A stretch of 64,000 bases of DNA from the human T2T-CHM13v2.0 reference genome, Homo sapiens, in assembly GCF_009914755.1 (NCBI RefSeq), contig NC_060926.1. The stretch is one strand, 5' to 3'. The position numbers were made by a program, and so were the translations under genes. Shown piece after piece: positions 11,481-25,109 of the stretch. The notes under the pieces are model-generated. The model was given only the letters and a program-made list of their open reading frames with translations, was not told the DNA's origin and did no database searches. How positions within the stretch are numbered: the first letter of the stretch is position 1; every line of letters begins with the position of its first letter.

Positions 11481-14473
11481 CAGAGTGCCAGCCAGAGATG
11501 CTGCTCTCCTGTGTCCTCACGCGCTCCTTCACCAGCTCCTCTGGAGAAGTCCCCTCAGAGACCCCAGTGAAGCTCCCTGACAACCAGCTTTCTGAGCCAA
11601 GGACATTCAGAGGAAAAGCATGCCTTAAGGAGGGCAAGATAACACATACTGCTGAGCCTTTCACTTTCCTTGAAACAGCAGAGGCTGCATATTTACCCAT
11701 TGGATGAACACACACAATTTTATTACTTTGTTAGATGCAAAGGAGGGGCTGTTTTAAGTTAACTCAACAGTCTGAGGTCTTTCAAGTCATTTCTGACCAG
11801 CTAAAAAATAGCATTTTTTTATTTTTTTGTACTCACTGCTAACAAACAGCTGGATAGAGCCCGACCAATACCATCCATGCTCCCCCAAGTGGGTGGCGCT
11901 GTTGGCAGGTGACGACTGGTTGCCAATGTTGGCGACACAGCCCAGAAGTGTGAGTCCTGCGTTCTCACGGCTGCTGCACTGCCGCCCGACCTGCCGCTGC
12001 CCTGCGACATTCCCTCCCATGGGTGGTTCCTTTCGCCTGCTGTTGGCAACGGGGATTTCTAGGCAGCTGGGATTCCTTCTGCATCTAAATTACTTTCTCT
12101 CAACAAGACTGATTCTTCCCCTTCACAGAAGGGTTCATTTGAATTTGGGCTTTGGCTGGCACATACCATGTTCTTCTCAAATTTTATTTCAATAGGAAGG
12201 AGTTTATTATATTTATCCACTAATAAGTCTTCGTGTGAAGTATACAAATACTATGGATAGAAAATATGTGAAAACTTCAAGGTGAGGGTGTCTAAGTCAC
12301 CTCTTAACACTGGGGCGGGGGGCGAGGTCTGCTATTCTCTCCACAAAACATGAAGGGGCCAGAGTGGGTGGAGAGACCATGAAAATAGTCAGCTATGCAA
12401 GGTCGCATGACCAATGCCGGCATTTTCCACTTTCAGAATGGCACAGAGAGGTTTCTAGAGAAGGACCATTAGACAGCCGTCCTATGGTCAGCGCTGGATT
12501 CTGTGTTGTTCTGAGCTAAGAGCTTGTCCTCATCAGGGTCCTGGTCCACAAGGGACTTTCAGGAGCTGATGCAGAATGACCAGTTGCTCAGTGGTCCAGA
12601 CCCACTCCCCATCTTCCTAAGGTGGCTCTTGGAGAGCCCAGGACACGGGGGTTGGCACGCGAGGCAAAAGGCTGAATTCAGACCCACACCTTGCCAGACA
12701 CCCATCCAGAAGTGGCCTCTGTGTGTGGGTTGCTGTTGGCTGACTTGGCCATGAGGACTGAGGGGGCCGCAGGACAGACCAGGGCAGGAAGGAAAGATAG
12801 GGCAGGCCCAAGGGGAGCCGAGTCATAGGCTGGGTTCTCAGGGAAGGATGGCTGGCAGCTCCAAACCCACGGCCAGGGGACAGTGGACTCTGGCTCAGGA
12901 CCCTGATGCTACCTCACCTGTGGGCACGGCTCTCAGCAGATGCAACCTCAACTCCAACCTGAGAGACCAAAGTGGGGCAGGGCAGCAGAGCCCGGAGTCA
13001 GAGACGGCGCAGGCTCTGTGTCGAGTCCTCCAGAGGAAAGCTCTGCAGCCAGGGAGGCAGGGGCGACAGCAGGGACCAGCCACCCAGGAAAGGGACAGGA
13101 AAGGGGGCAAAAAACAGCAAAAGGAGCCAGGTTCCAGGCAGGGACTGGGAGTTTCTGAATGGAAATGCACGCCAGGCCATTCCCGGTACACCCATCACTG
13201 ACTCCCAAGAGCTAGCACATCTGGACCCCTCCCACGGGTGCAACCCATCTGTCAGGAACAAGCAGCGCTGCGTCCCCAGGGGCTCCAGCGCCTACACTTG
13301 GAGGTGGGGCCGGTCATCCCCACCATACATGCAAGACGCACAAAATCCAAATAAAAGTCTGACGCACGGTGATAACTTCTGTTGAATGAGAAGACGTGAG
13401 TGGCCATCGTCACACACGGGATGAGGCCATGACCAGCACAGCAGCTGCTTGTCCCTCTGGCTGCAGAGGGGGTAGATCCAAAGCGTGGGGCCTGAGCACG
13501 TGGGGTCCTACCCGCTCCTCTTACAACGTCTAAAACAGCAAGATTCCGAAGGTCTTTCAGGTTCCCAGATTTGGACAGAAGGGCTGTGCGCTGCCTGCTG
13601 CAATACTGAGAGGAGGAAAAGCCTCCCGTGCTTGGAGGACTGGCGTTGCTCCTGGAGTCGGGACGGCCCAGTGCTAAGCACCAAGCTCACCTTGTCCCAG
13701 GAGAGGGCAGACCAGTGGAAATGCACTTTCCAGCCCACTGCCTGTCACAGCCACCTTTCTGTTCGTGCTTCCTAAACCGAACAAAGCTCAATGACAAGCA
13801 GGGGAGAGTGTGGAGACAAACGCGCTCGTTCTGGTGGGAGGAGTGGCGTCACGGCGGAGCCGGGCAGCAGAAAACTCATGCTTTGATGGTAGTCCGGCTC
13901 TCTACCCTACCTGCTTGTTTTTTCCTTAATTCCCACACTGTGACTCCTGCCCCAGCCAGCTCAGCTCCAGCTCTGCGGACACAGAGCTTGCCAAAGTCAT
14001 GTCGACAGTCACTGCAGGTCCTCCTCTCCCTGACGCGTGTGGAGCACCTGACCCAGCCTGGCCGCCTCACTCCTTCCCTCGCCTCCCAGGCCCTCTGCAC
14101 TCTCCTCAGCCCTCCAACACCTACAGTGGGCTCTGGGGGGTGCCCTGCAGCTCAGGCCAGACCCTCCTTGCGGCTCAGACACCCCCCTCCACTGCGGGCT
14201 CGCCAAGTCTCACAGCTTTCAGATTCTGCACATGCACAACCCTGCATCAGGGGCTTCCACCTGGGCCTCGCCCCTCAGCCACTGCTAGCATTTCTGCTCT
14301 CACTGCCACGTGTCCAGCGCTGAGATGCTGCCCGGGATGCAGGAGGCCCCATCAACGTTCACTGTAAGAAAACCCACATGACCACGCGTAACATGCCAGA
14401 GGAAACAGCTTTTTACAAATTAAAAGCTGGGATTTTTAATATAATCACCAGGTATAGTCTCATTAAAAACATG

Positions 14474-14479
14474 TTTATT
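14474..14479 (-). terminator. NDUFA10: Distal polyadenylation signal (AATAAA) of NDUFA10
   Basis: Minus strand reads tatgtagtttcattgAATAAAcatgtttttaat, with UGUA upstream, in an AT-rich island. Consistent with the long 3'UTR isoform as recalled. Confidence 0.7.
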
Positions 14480-16699
14480 CAATGAAACTACATAGCACTA
14501 AAATGAGAGCTTCCCAAAATGTAACCAGCAATTGGATCTAACTAACTAGGGAGCTTCAGAATTTTAATTTAAAGATAAAAAGTGTTCACTTGTGAAAAAT
14601 TTACTATTAAAATAATTTTTAAATTAAGAATTTTAAAACTATACATCAATAGTAAAAGCGAATGAGCAAACTTACTCACATGCTTAAAGATAAAATTTGA
14701 CAGTTTCATTTGTCTTCCTATTAGAACCCTTAAATCAGCCTCCTTCAAGCAAGTGCAGCCAGCGTGAGCCAGGGGACAGACACTTTCAGTGGAACATTTA
14801 TGGCTCTGAGAACAGCACCACTCTTTTGGGGACAAGTCCATCACTGGAGCTCCCCGGCCTCCTGGAATTCAGGTGGCAATGTCCAACATCCAAACTCACA
14901 GAGCCTGGCATTCCGATGGGGAAGGACAGAAAGGCTGGGACCCTCTGCTGAGAAGAGGCTCCTTTTCCCAAGGGAAGCTCGCTGCTTCGAGTCACACACA
15001 TGTTGCTGTTATAAGGTCCTTTGCTTTGACAATTCGAGAGAGTATTAGAAAACACTAGCGGCGTGAGGTGACTACTGACAATCACCTCCTCTGTTTTCTG
15101 GCTCATGATTTTCCTAAAGCAAAGCCTCAGGCTCCCGGCTTCTATTTATATCCACATGTAAAGCCCCAGATCACTCGGGCACCTGCTTCCATTCATGGAA
15201 TTCTGGCCAGCCAGTGGCTGATGCCTACACAAGCTTTTCTTCAAAAAGCCCCAATTTCTGACAGCCATGGCAGCTTTCCCTCCACCCCTATTTTGCCAAA
15301 CCCCCAAATCTTGCAGATTTATATCCAGTGTGAGCACGGACTATGCTTCTTCCCAGAAAGTAGCCGCCTGCTTGCTTCTTTGCATTGACATTTGCACTGC
15401 TAAGAACAGCCAATCCAGAAAGCTATAATTGGTAAGCAGGGCACAGAGAAATTCAAAGCCAATTATTAGCCAAAAAATGGGACAAATGCCAAACAAGACA
15501 AGAGCTTCTTCCACTTCTGCTGTAGCAGAGAAACCACCACGAATTCAATTGAAGCGGCGTAACTGAAGGTCCCTGGGTCCACCTGTGGCCTGGAGGCGGC
15601 CGCCTGTTTCCCTGCTGTTCTTGCCACAACACCTAGGCAGAACATGGAGGTTCCACAGCTGCCTGGTGGACAGCAGCCAGCAGCCTGGCAGCGTGGGGCT
15701 GGTGAGCTGCTGCTGCTATCTACCCAGGCAACTCCATTTTGCTGAGGTGGTCCTAAGTAGCTGCATGTAATCTCTCCTAAGAAGCTCAATGTTCTTAACA
15801 ATTTGGTTTTAACAGTTGATGGAACAGAAAGATACGTTAGAAAAAAACAAGGACTTTCTTTTCAATACAGAATTCTCATGCCTGTAAACACATGCCTGTA
15901 TGAATAAAATCCAGACACAAAACCATACTGCTGCAACAGCATGATTATTTCCTGATCTCCAAAGCACTGAGAAGTCCAACATGGAATCCTGGAAAATGCA
16001 CGATTATTTTGATCCTGGTTTGTTGGTGCTGTTGTTTTAGTTGTAAGAGCTTTCGTGAGACGAACGCATGTACTGCTCTGAAATAAGGAAATCGGGGCAT
16101 CTCCTCACCTCTTCTTGAGGCTTCTATGTGGAGAGAAGAATTGGACAGTGTTTATTCATCTTTCTCTGCTGAACATGCATGTCATTGAAAACACCAGAAA
16201 ATCAAACAGACGAATGTCCTCAGCACTACAAATTACATACTTCCCATTCCATCAAGGGAATGCAACCACACAGGGTCAGACGCAAACACAGGGGATGATC
16301 AGAGCACCCGAGTCCACACCATGCCGACACGGAGCCCTGCATGGTTGGAGAGCTCTGCCCCTCACAAGGGCAATCCTGACCACAGGGCAGACCTGCCCTC
16401 TCACTGCTGAGGACACTACCCGTGCAACCACCAAGGTTGAAGGAAACAGCTAGCTCTTTGCAGCCAAAGACATTAGGAACAGCTAAGATAATTAAAGATG
16501 GCTTTCTTTTTCTTTCCTCCCCTCCACAATGGGTTTGTGAAGTGCTCAGAGCAAAAGACACTCTGTGACTGGCCCAATGCCCAGCTGTGCTTTCATTTCA
16601 TGATTAAAGCTGTTGGTTTCCTAGTGAAATGCAAAACTTCAGCCACTTAAATCTCGACTCCAATTCAAAACTCCTGGGAAACTTTATTTTCAAATTCTT

Positions 16700-16975
16700 A
16701 AAACAAGGAAGGAGGCAGGGAGGAAGGGAAGGGAGGAAAACAAGGACAGACGGAAGGAAGGAAGGAAGAGAAGGAGGGAAGGAAAGAGGCAGGGAGGAAA
16801 ACAAGGACAGACGGAAGGAAGGAAGAGAAGGAGGGAAGGAAAGAGGCAGGGAGGAAGGGAAGGGAGGAAAACAAGGACAGATGGAAGGAAGAAAGGAAGG
16901 GAGGGAAGGAGGAGGAAAGAAGGAGGGAAGGAAGGGGAGAGGGAAAAAGGCAGGCGGACGCAAGGAGGGAAGGAG
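16700..16975. repeat. GA-rich (GGAA-type) low-complexity tract with ~60-bp internal duplications
   Basis: aaacaaggacagacggaaggaaggaag...gaggcagggagg recurs three times. Confidence 0.9.
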
Positions 16976-17059
16976 TGTGCATCTTCTTCGCATGCTCCGC
17001 AGCAGCGAGGCCTGATAGAGCTTCCGCGGGGAGCAGAGCATCGTCCTCTGCACCAGCAC

Positions 17060-17202
17060 TGGAACTACTGCCCACAGGCGGCTGTGGAGTGCCTGAACTA
17101 TGGCCAGTGCAACCAAGGAACCCAATTTTAAACTCTATTACATTTTAGCTCATTTAAATTTCAATACCCACATGTGGCTAGGAGCTACCATATTGGACAC
17201 AG
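17060..17202. mobile_element. MER3-like hAT MITE fossil
   Basis: ggccagtgcaaccaaggaacccaattttaaa...ccacatgtggctaggagctaccatattggaca. Confidence 0.65.
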
Positions 17203-17337
17203 TGGAGCTTTACAGTGGAAAACCCACAGTTCAGTAGGACTCACAACTGGCAGCCTGATTCCTAATGGACACAGTGGAGCTTTACAGTGGAAAACCCACA
17301 GTTCAGTAGGACTCACAACTGACAGCTTGATTCCTAA
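17194..17337. repeat. 72-bp tandem duplication (2 copies, 2 mismatches)
   Basis: tggacacagtggagctttacagtggaaaacccacagttcagtaggactcacaactg... at 17194 and 17266. Confidence 0.95.
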
Positions 17338-17840
17338 ACCATGATGCTGAACCACAACCAGCTTGTTTTGGTTTTCTAGGCTTCAACAGAGATGAATAAA
17401 GAAATCTGATTTTCTTTCTCATTTCTCAGTTTTGACTGGCAACTTGATTTTCTGGGTAATAAAGAGAGTATATTATTTTGCTTTTGCATCTTATGTCATC
17501 AACAGCCTAAGCTCAAATCTCCCTTCAAAGGAGTTTGAGACGCTGAGGACGGCCACGTGAATCTTTCTCAACGTCTCTCTTAAAACATATTGTTCTGTAA
17601 ATCTGTGGTAATTTTCTCCTTTTGCTATTTCTTCTTCACGTTCTTATTTTTTCTACTCTAATGTAGCACATTACTAAAATAAATACAGTAGGCCTTTAGA
17701 AAAACTCTTCAGCATAATGTAAGCCTCAATTAAACCACACCACACCAAACAGGGCCCAGAGCAGCGTGTGTGCACGTGTGCAGTTTCGATGTGCCCGCAC
17801 GCACATAGACGTACGATGGGGAAATTCCCATGGAAACACT

Positions 17841-17846
17841 TTTATT
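17841..17846 (-). terminator. NDUFA10: Proximal polyadenylation signal (AATAAA) of NDUFA10
   Basis: Minus strand ttccagaAATAAAagtgtttcc, ~360 nt after the stop codon, with GU-rich gtctatgtgcgtgc downstream. Confidence 0.75.
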
Positions 17847-18203
17847 TCTGGAAGTCAGAAGAAAAACAATGTGCACAACCTGAATGACACAGAGCGGCAG
17901 CGCTGAAACCACAGGGGCTGCCGAGAGCTGGCCTTTCACAGCAGACCACTGTTTTCCAGTGAGAATGGTGGGCCATTCCAAAACAAAGCTAAAGGGTTCC
18001 AAACATCCAGAATGGAAGCTGCTTCCCCCAACTCCATTACCTATACTACAGGATGGATTGCTTTTTGTGAGACCCCTTCTTCCACTGTGCAATTTTTGCA
18101 TTATTTACCCTCCCCCGATCTTAAAGCTATATGGCGTCCAGGAGAGTGCGGCTGATGCAGCTTGGCCATCACTGTGATGCAGCTGGAGCAGAAGGCGGCC
18201 CGT

Positions 18204-18329
<126 letters not shown>

Positions 18330-19293
18330 TCATAGTTCAATGTCTACCCGGCAGATGCCTGTACTTCATGAGTTCCTTCAGCAATGCTGGTGAGCACATG
18401 ATCTGTGGCAGGTGTCTCCTGTGAGTGCAAGGATGCCACAGGTACACAAACCACAACCCAGCCCTGCCTGCCAGAAGCTTCTGTCCTAGGGCTGGGAGCC
18501 ACAAATGGAAACGAACTACTGAGTGTTCTCATTAATGTCAGGAGGGTGACAAGAGCCACAGGAGGGGGACAGAGAGCAATGGGTGGAACTTAGGGGAGGC
18601 CCTGAGCAGGGACACCCACGCAGACACAGGGGTGGGGCTGGGACCCAGGAACCACAGTTCACCAACTGAAACACCGAGTTCTCTCTGAAAAAGCCCCGCG
18701 TGAAATTCCCTCTGAAGAGGGCCTGCAGAGGCCGGGCCGCTGGCTGTAAGGGGCCCTTGGCGGAGTAGGAAAGTGAGTTTCATCCAGGCCTTTTAAGTAG
18801 ACATGGGCAGGGTTCAGGAAAACCAGCAAAGGAGGGGGAAGCACTGCAGGACTGACCCTAGCGGGAGCCACTGAACATCCAGGAGCGACAGGACGACAGA
18901 GCCCAGGAGGAGCGGATGCTGCCAGAGAGGCCAGCGGGGGGCTGAGCTTGGCAGTGACGGAGCTGCAGAAAGGATGTTACAGCCCCCACTTCTCCCACCA
19001 TCTGGGAGAGATCAGGGGCTCAGGTGGCGGTCCACAGAGGCCAACCTCACAGGGCACAGGGAGATCTGGGGGGCAACAAGAGCCCCTGCCAGCACAAAGA
19101 CGCCTGTTCATGAGGGTAGGCGGCCAGCACAGGGCTGGCTGAGACGGAAAGAGGAGTGTTGCTCCGCAGGACCACCTCGTTGCGGAGCCAGGAGAAAGCG
19201 CTCAGCACGGTGTGTGTCGCCCAGCGATGGCAGGTGGGAAAATGATGAGTTTTTTCATATTTTCAAATCAGCATGGGCACACAGTCAATTTGT

Positions 19294-19295
<2 letters not shown>

Positions 19296-19330
<35 letters not shown>
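19296..19330. repeat. (CA)n microsatellite
   Basis: ~17 uninterrupted CA units. Confidence 0.95.
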
Positions 19331-19333
<3 letters not shown>

Positions 19334-19698
19334 CTTCCAAATTCTGCCCTTAAGAACAGGTACTAAAACCATTTTTAAAAGAATCAGCTTTTCCTTTATC
19401 CTAATCAGCAGCAGGCATTCACAGCCATCCACACAGCCATGGCTGCCTGGATCACAAATCACTGAAATGTGCCTTGCCTGGCCTCTGCCACAGTGGCCAC
19501 GCAGTGACAGACGAACACACAACGCATCCTATGAAGCAGCAGACAGGTCGCCCCAAGACCAGCCATCTCACACACAGGACAGGCAAAGCTCTAGGATCTT
19601 CAAGGCCCAGGAGCCACCCTTCCTCCTCCCCAGAAAGCCTCTCCTCTCCTAGGTGCACAGCTGTGAAGTGGGACCTGGAAGTGGAGGGGCCGGTGCTC

Positions 19699-20125
19699 TG
19701 TTAGTTCATTCTTGCACTGCTATAAAGACATACCCGGGGCTGAGAAATGCAGAGAGAAAAGAGGTCTAATTGGCTCATGGTTCTGCAGGCTGTGTGGGAA
19801 GCATGGTGCCAGCATCTGCTTCTGGGAAGGCCTCAGGAAGCTTCCAATCATAGTGGAAAGCAAAGCAGGGGCAGGTACGCCACATAGTGGGAGTAGGAGC
19901 AAGAGCAAGAGCATGAGGCGGGTAGGGGGTGGGAGCTGCCATATACTTTAAAATGAGAGGTCGACGTGCACTCTGTGAGAACATACTAATTACCTCCAGG
20001 AGGGCACCAAGCCATTCATGAAGGATCTACTCCCATGACCTAAACACCACCCACCAGACCCCACCTCCAACAGGGGATCAGATTTCTACATGAGATCTGG
20101 AGGGACAGACATCCTAACTACATCA
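19699..20125 (-). mobile_element. MST-family MaLR LTR
   Basis: tgttagttcattcttgcactgctataaag...ggctcatggttctgcaggctg...catgagatctggagggacagacatcc. Confidence 0.85.
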
Positions 20126-21214
20126 ATGCCCATCTAAAGGCGGGGGGGAGGGTGGCACAGCCAGCCTCCAGCTTTCTGGCCCAGAATACAGTGTGGATAC
20201 AGACGGTTTTGTTTGGGTGCCAGGAGAATTCTGGGACACACAAGAAAAAAGAAAAACCCAGCTCCTTCAGGAGTTTGAAATCTGAAGAGAGACTGAGATG
20301 AAAGCCCAGGTCATTCAGCCAGTGATGCCAAGACAGCCCAGGGGGTTTGGTATTGTGGGATCCCAGGAGGGGGCGCAGGCAGCTAGTCTGGCAGAGTCCA
20401 GGGAGGCGTCAGGAGAGTGAGGGACCCTCCAGGGCCAGGGGGATCCCCCAACACTGCTGCTCGAACTACAGGTGTCTACAAGTGGCAGGAAGACCGCAAG
20501 AGAGGGACGTGACTTTCTGGCTTCACAGTCTGACAAGACCTTTGGCCTAAGTTGTGACCTGTGTCAGACGGGCTGTAGGTGCTATTTCTAGACCGGGGAG
20601 CAGTGACGGGCACCTGGGGCTGGCCTCAAAGGGCCTGACGGGGTCAGGAAGGCCTGGGTGACAGAGAGAAAGAGCTGGTCAGCCCCAGGGAAGGTAAGTG
20701 TCCGGTCTGCTTATAGAATATGTGCAGGGTGTGGGGGCTACATGGCGGGTTGCCCCATAGAGATGACCCGTGGGCAGTTGGAAACCTGCGTCTGTGGCTT
20801 AGAAGACAGGGCTGTGCAGCCACCTCCCAGTAACTGAGGGAGGCAGCGCCATGTGAGCCGACCATCCAGGGTGCTGGACAAGAGAAGAGGCCAAAGAGCA
20901 GCACTGCATGGCTGAGGCCTGAGGCTGCAGAGGGACTGAGGAGTGAGGCGCACAGGCCACCGGAGGAGCTGGGTGTGACCACGCGTGACATACGGGGCCT
21001 CGCGTCACGGTCACCAGATGGCCACTAGCTCTGCACGAAGACAGGAGGAGCGGGGTGGGAAAAGACCACACTAGCGGGGAAGCAGTCAGCAGCTGAGGAA
21101 GGGGACACAACACCTGGGCCACCTTTCACACGCCAGGTAATGGCACGTATGTCTATGCCTGCACGCCCATGCATGTGCAGGGGGCTGGTAGGCGGGGTCT
21201 CTGCATCAAGAAGT

Positions 21215-21605
21215 GGTGGAGATCTCTATCTCAAGATGCCCAGCCCCCAGAACCTGTGAACACATGAGCTCACCTGGCAAAAGGGCCTCTGCAGCAGGAG
21301 ACTGGGAGATCATCTGGGTTATCTGGGTGGGCCCCAGGCCATCACTAGGGTCCTCAGAAATCAGAGAAGGAGATGTGACAATGGAAGCAACAGCCACAGT
21401 AATGTGGGGCCAGGTGCTGAGGAATGTGGGCGGCCTCTAGAAGCTGGAAAGGGAAAGGACACCAATCTCCCCTTGAGCCCCCGGAAGGAGCCAGCCCCGC
21501 CTGCACCGTGATTTTAGAACCTCTGCCTCCAGAACTTTAGGAGGATGCATGTGTATTGTTTTAAGCTGCTAGAGAGTGGTAGCTGGCAGCAGCAGCAGCA
21601 GACGA
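21215..21605 (+). mobile_element. MLT1D-like MaLR LTR
   Basis: cccagaacctgtgaa...ggcaaaaggg...ggttatctgggtgggccc...ggcctctagaagctggaaag...tgtgtattgttttaagc. Confidence 0.8.
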
Positions 21606-23964
21606 CTCCTGCCGGGTGTCTGCTTTTTATGATGGGAGATACCGGGTCACATCTGTACACCAGGAAGAAAAAAACTGTGCAGGGGAACAGGTCGAGGATG
21701 CAGGAGAGTGTGGGTCAACCCCAAGAACACAAACCCGGAGGGAGGGGCAGGCCAGAGAGCTGTGAAAGCAGCAAGGCCCTCCAGGAACACTGCCGGCGAG
21801 GACACCTCCAGCAGAACCACACTCAAACACGACTGCCGCAGCCAGGAAACGGTAACGCTGTAGTTGGTTCCACATCTGAGAGGTGGTCCTGCCAGAAATT
21901 CATTTCTTTTTCCCTAAAGGACCAACTGCAGAATTAAGCCCAAAGAACAGAAAGTTGACACCTGAACAAAAGATCACCGAAAGGTTTTCCCGTTTAACCA
22001 ACCTGCTGCAAACCCACACGACGGCCAGCAGGCGCCTCTCTTAAGACGCCCTGGGTCAGCTTCCCCAGGGTTTTTCAATTAAAGTTGTCATTTAATGTTT
22101 TACCCAAACACAGGACCAGCCACGCAGGTCTGTTCACAGCAGTACTGACAGAGGAAGGGCTGGGTTTGGGACAGTCTGGCTCCATTTTCATCTTTGCAAA
22201 TAGAATTTTAAATCAGAGCAGATAATAGAAACTAGCAGAATACCAAACCTGCTAAGTCCAGCCAGTGGCCATTAATTGTCTCGGAAAGTTTGTGTCTGGA
22301 CTTCTCAGGCAGCAGTTAACTGGCCTTTGATACCCAGGAGGGTTCTCAGATCCTGGGGTCTCTTTTCAGTGTTTTAGGCCAACAGAGAACCATGCGGGGG
22401 GGGAGGGGTTCATTTGCAGCATCTCACACCAGGAAAATGCAAAATCATCCACTTTGTTTACATGTCTACTTCACGTCTGTATCTGCTAATTTAAAATAAG
22501 CCTTCCACCCCCAAAACCCAGTGCTCATTCATCACATGAGAAAACGCGCATGATAACACCTCAGGGAGGAAAGCAGCAAAGCCCGTTCCCTCGCAGGGCA
22601 GCCTCACTCCGGGAGCCGCAACGGGCCTCGTCAGACCTTCCTCCCGAGCCACGCTTTCCCGGATCTGCTCGTTCACGGTGCCCGGGTGCGTGACACCCAT
22701 GTGTGTGGCTGTGCGTCCAAAGGTTGAGATGCAAAGGGCATGCGGTGAACTATCTCAGGTGAACTATCAAGGCCGTACACCCACTTTAAAATGAAAAGAA
22801 AATCATTTTCCTCCTGTCAGAAGTCAGGGCTTCTGCCGAGTATACACCGGGTGAGCAAACCAAGAATCCTTAAGGAGCAAAAGAAGAAAGAGCGCCTAAC
22901 AGAAAAAGGAACAAACCCCTCCAATGCTCATCCTCTGCAATCCCCTCTACTGTACAATGCGAACGGAGTTTCCCTCGCTGGATCTCTAAATTCAAGGCAT
23001 TTTGGACTCATTACATTCACAGGGCTCTGATAAGTTTAACACTTTCAGGAGGCTCTTTCCCTGTATTCCATTTTCCATTAGAAATCAAAAAGGAAGTTTA
23101 CTGAAGGGAAAAAAAACCTCAATAAATTACAAAGCCAAACATTCCAAGTCCTCTTCCAGAGCCAAGCAGCTAAGCTGCCCTCCACCCATGACCCTGGCGT
23201 GTGTCAGTCCCTGGTGGCCCACCCGGAGTGTTCCAGGGCGAGGCCTGGAGCTGGGAAGGGATTTTAGACAGTGCACTGGGAGGCACCCTGCCCAGTCACC
23301 GACAACCTGGGCTGACTCAGTGTACAAACCAAGTTCCTTTCCCTAAGGGCTGCTGGTCACAGGGGGCTGGGCTGGAAATGACAACTCCCCCTGGCCCCCG
23401 ATGGAGCCCAGACATGGAGGATGAGCAGGGTGGGCTTCCATTCCAGGCTGCAGAGGGTGTGCACATTTGTACTAGCAGATACAAAATGACACATGAGGGT
23501 GTGCACACTGCAGCCCAGCCTGCTTGGGGATGTGGCCCAGCCTGTTTGGGAATGTGGATCTGTACTTTCTTCTCCCGGAAAACCCCACAGGACCGGACTT
23601 GTTCCCACCCGTGCATCCTGATTCATATACAGGAAAGACTGGAGAAGAGACAGTATTGGACACGCTCATCAAACCCACTCGTGATTTCCCCCAAATATCT
23701 GCGTGCAAATCTGTGTGTCAGAAGTCCATGCTTAATGTAAACTAACATGATGATTTTCCTGACCCTCACAGTTAAGAGGGTGAATGGCACACACACACAG
23801 GTGCTACCCTCTCCCCCACCAACCGGAAGGCTACAAAGAAACCTGAACCAGGCTGCCTGAGGGAGGGGCCCTGGGCGGCTGGGGAACAAAGAAGGAACAT
23901 CTCTCATCTTTTGAATTTTACAGCATGTGCAAGGATTTCTTTTTTTTTTTTTTTTTTTCCTAAG

Positions 23965-24075
23965 AGAGAGAGATTAAGTAACTTGCTGAGGGTGGCACAC
24001 GGCCAGTGTGTTCACAGAGCTAGAATTGGAGCCGTGTCCCCTGGCTCCTGAGTCTGCTCCTAACCACTGGCCCAT
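23965..24075 (-). mobile_element. MIR fragment
   Basis: agagattaagtaacttgctgagggtggcacac...gagctagaatt. Confidence 0.6.
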
Positions 24076-24388
24076 GCTGTACATCACTCTGTGCCTCTTC
24101 CAGCCTAGGGCTGTGTCTGTTCCCAGTTTTCCCGTCATAAATAACACCGATGTGCCCCCTCTAGATTTATGTGCTTGAGATAAATTTCTAGAAATGGAAC
24201 TGCTTGCTTAAGGAAAAACAATAAACAGAGCAATAGATGCTGATGCAGCCATCGGAATGGGTTGAATTTAATAACGCCAAGATGCTGCTCCAGATCATTA
24301 TGCTGCTGCTTACACTTCGGGGCTGATTCAGAGCCTTGGTTTCTCGTTATGAATTTATACCAGGCTCTTGGCCTTTTACTGCCTCATG

Positions 24389-24603
24389 CATGGGTCGGCA
24401 AACTGTAGCCCACAGATCAAATCTCGCCGCTGACTGCTTCTGTAAATGAGGCCTCACTGGCACAACCTGGCCCATGCATTTACACACTGGCTGGTGGTGC
24501 TTTCACACAGCACAGAGCTGAGCGGCTGTGAGAGGCTGTGTGGCCCGCAGAGCTGGGAACCTTTACTCTCTGGCTCTTTAAAGGAAACCTTTGCTGATCA
24601 CTG
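24389..24603. mobile_element. MER58A hAT-Charlie fossil
   Basis: gggtcggcaaactgtagccc...tgtggcccgcagagc...tttgctgatcactg; terminal inverted-repeat remnants. Confidence 0.75.
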
Positions 24604-25064
24604 GCCTAAGAAAGTACAGGAAGGTAACAACAAGACAGTAAAGCTGAGTCCACGACGTGGTTTAAGTTCACTTAGCCCACAATTACTTCCTAAGTGCCCA
24701 CAGGTACGAGGTCCTGTGCCGGCTAAGTGCCTACAGGTGCCAGGTCCTGCGCCTGGCAACAGCGGGGAACAGGGTGATTCTCCAGCTCCAGGTGAGGTCG
24801 CAGAGGCAGCTGAAACGTGCTGTTCTTTGATCCAAAGTGACGCCACTGAGTTTGTGTGATTCAACGTAAGGACTGGATGAGTTCTGATGTTAGAAAAGTG
24901 TCCACTTCTAAATGCTACAGCCAACCTGGGATCTGTGCCATGAGGGCCAAGGCCGCACAATGAGGCTTCTCCCAGGCTCTTCTCTTGGGTGCACAATTTA
25001 GACATGCCCTATATAGTGCTTCAAATGCCAGCTGTTCGCACAGAAATCAGTCAAGGAAAAAAAA

Positions 25065-25066
<2 letters not shown>

Positions 25067-25107
<41 letters not shown>
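25067..25107. repeat. (CA)n microsatellite
   Basis: ~20 CA units. Confidence 0.95.

Positions 25108-25109
<2 letters not shown>

Larger units (their letters stand above)
14455..18203 (-). other. NDUFA10: NDUFA10 3'UTR (long form ~3.7 kb; short form ends ~17820)
   Basis: Follows the TGA at 18204-18206 and is bounded by AATAAA signals. Confidence 0.7.

Noticed and set aside
13628-14323. 231-aa plus-strand ORF
   Set aside because: Non-ATG start, no recognisable homology and no promoter context.
16604-17125. GRKE-rich and PSFL-rich ORFs; possible EWSR1-FLI1 GGAA microsatellite
   Set aside because: Low-complexity translation. The GGAA runs are short and interrupted rather than a long perfect array.
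20685-20700. Consensus plus-strand donor gaag|gtaagtg suggesting an antisense lncRNA exon
   Set aside because: An isolated motif with no supported TSS or partner exon; such motifs occur by chance.
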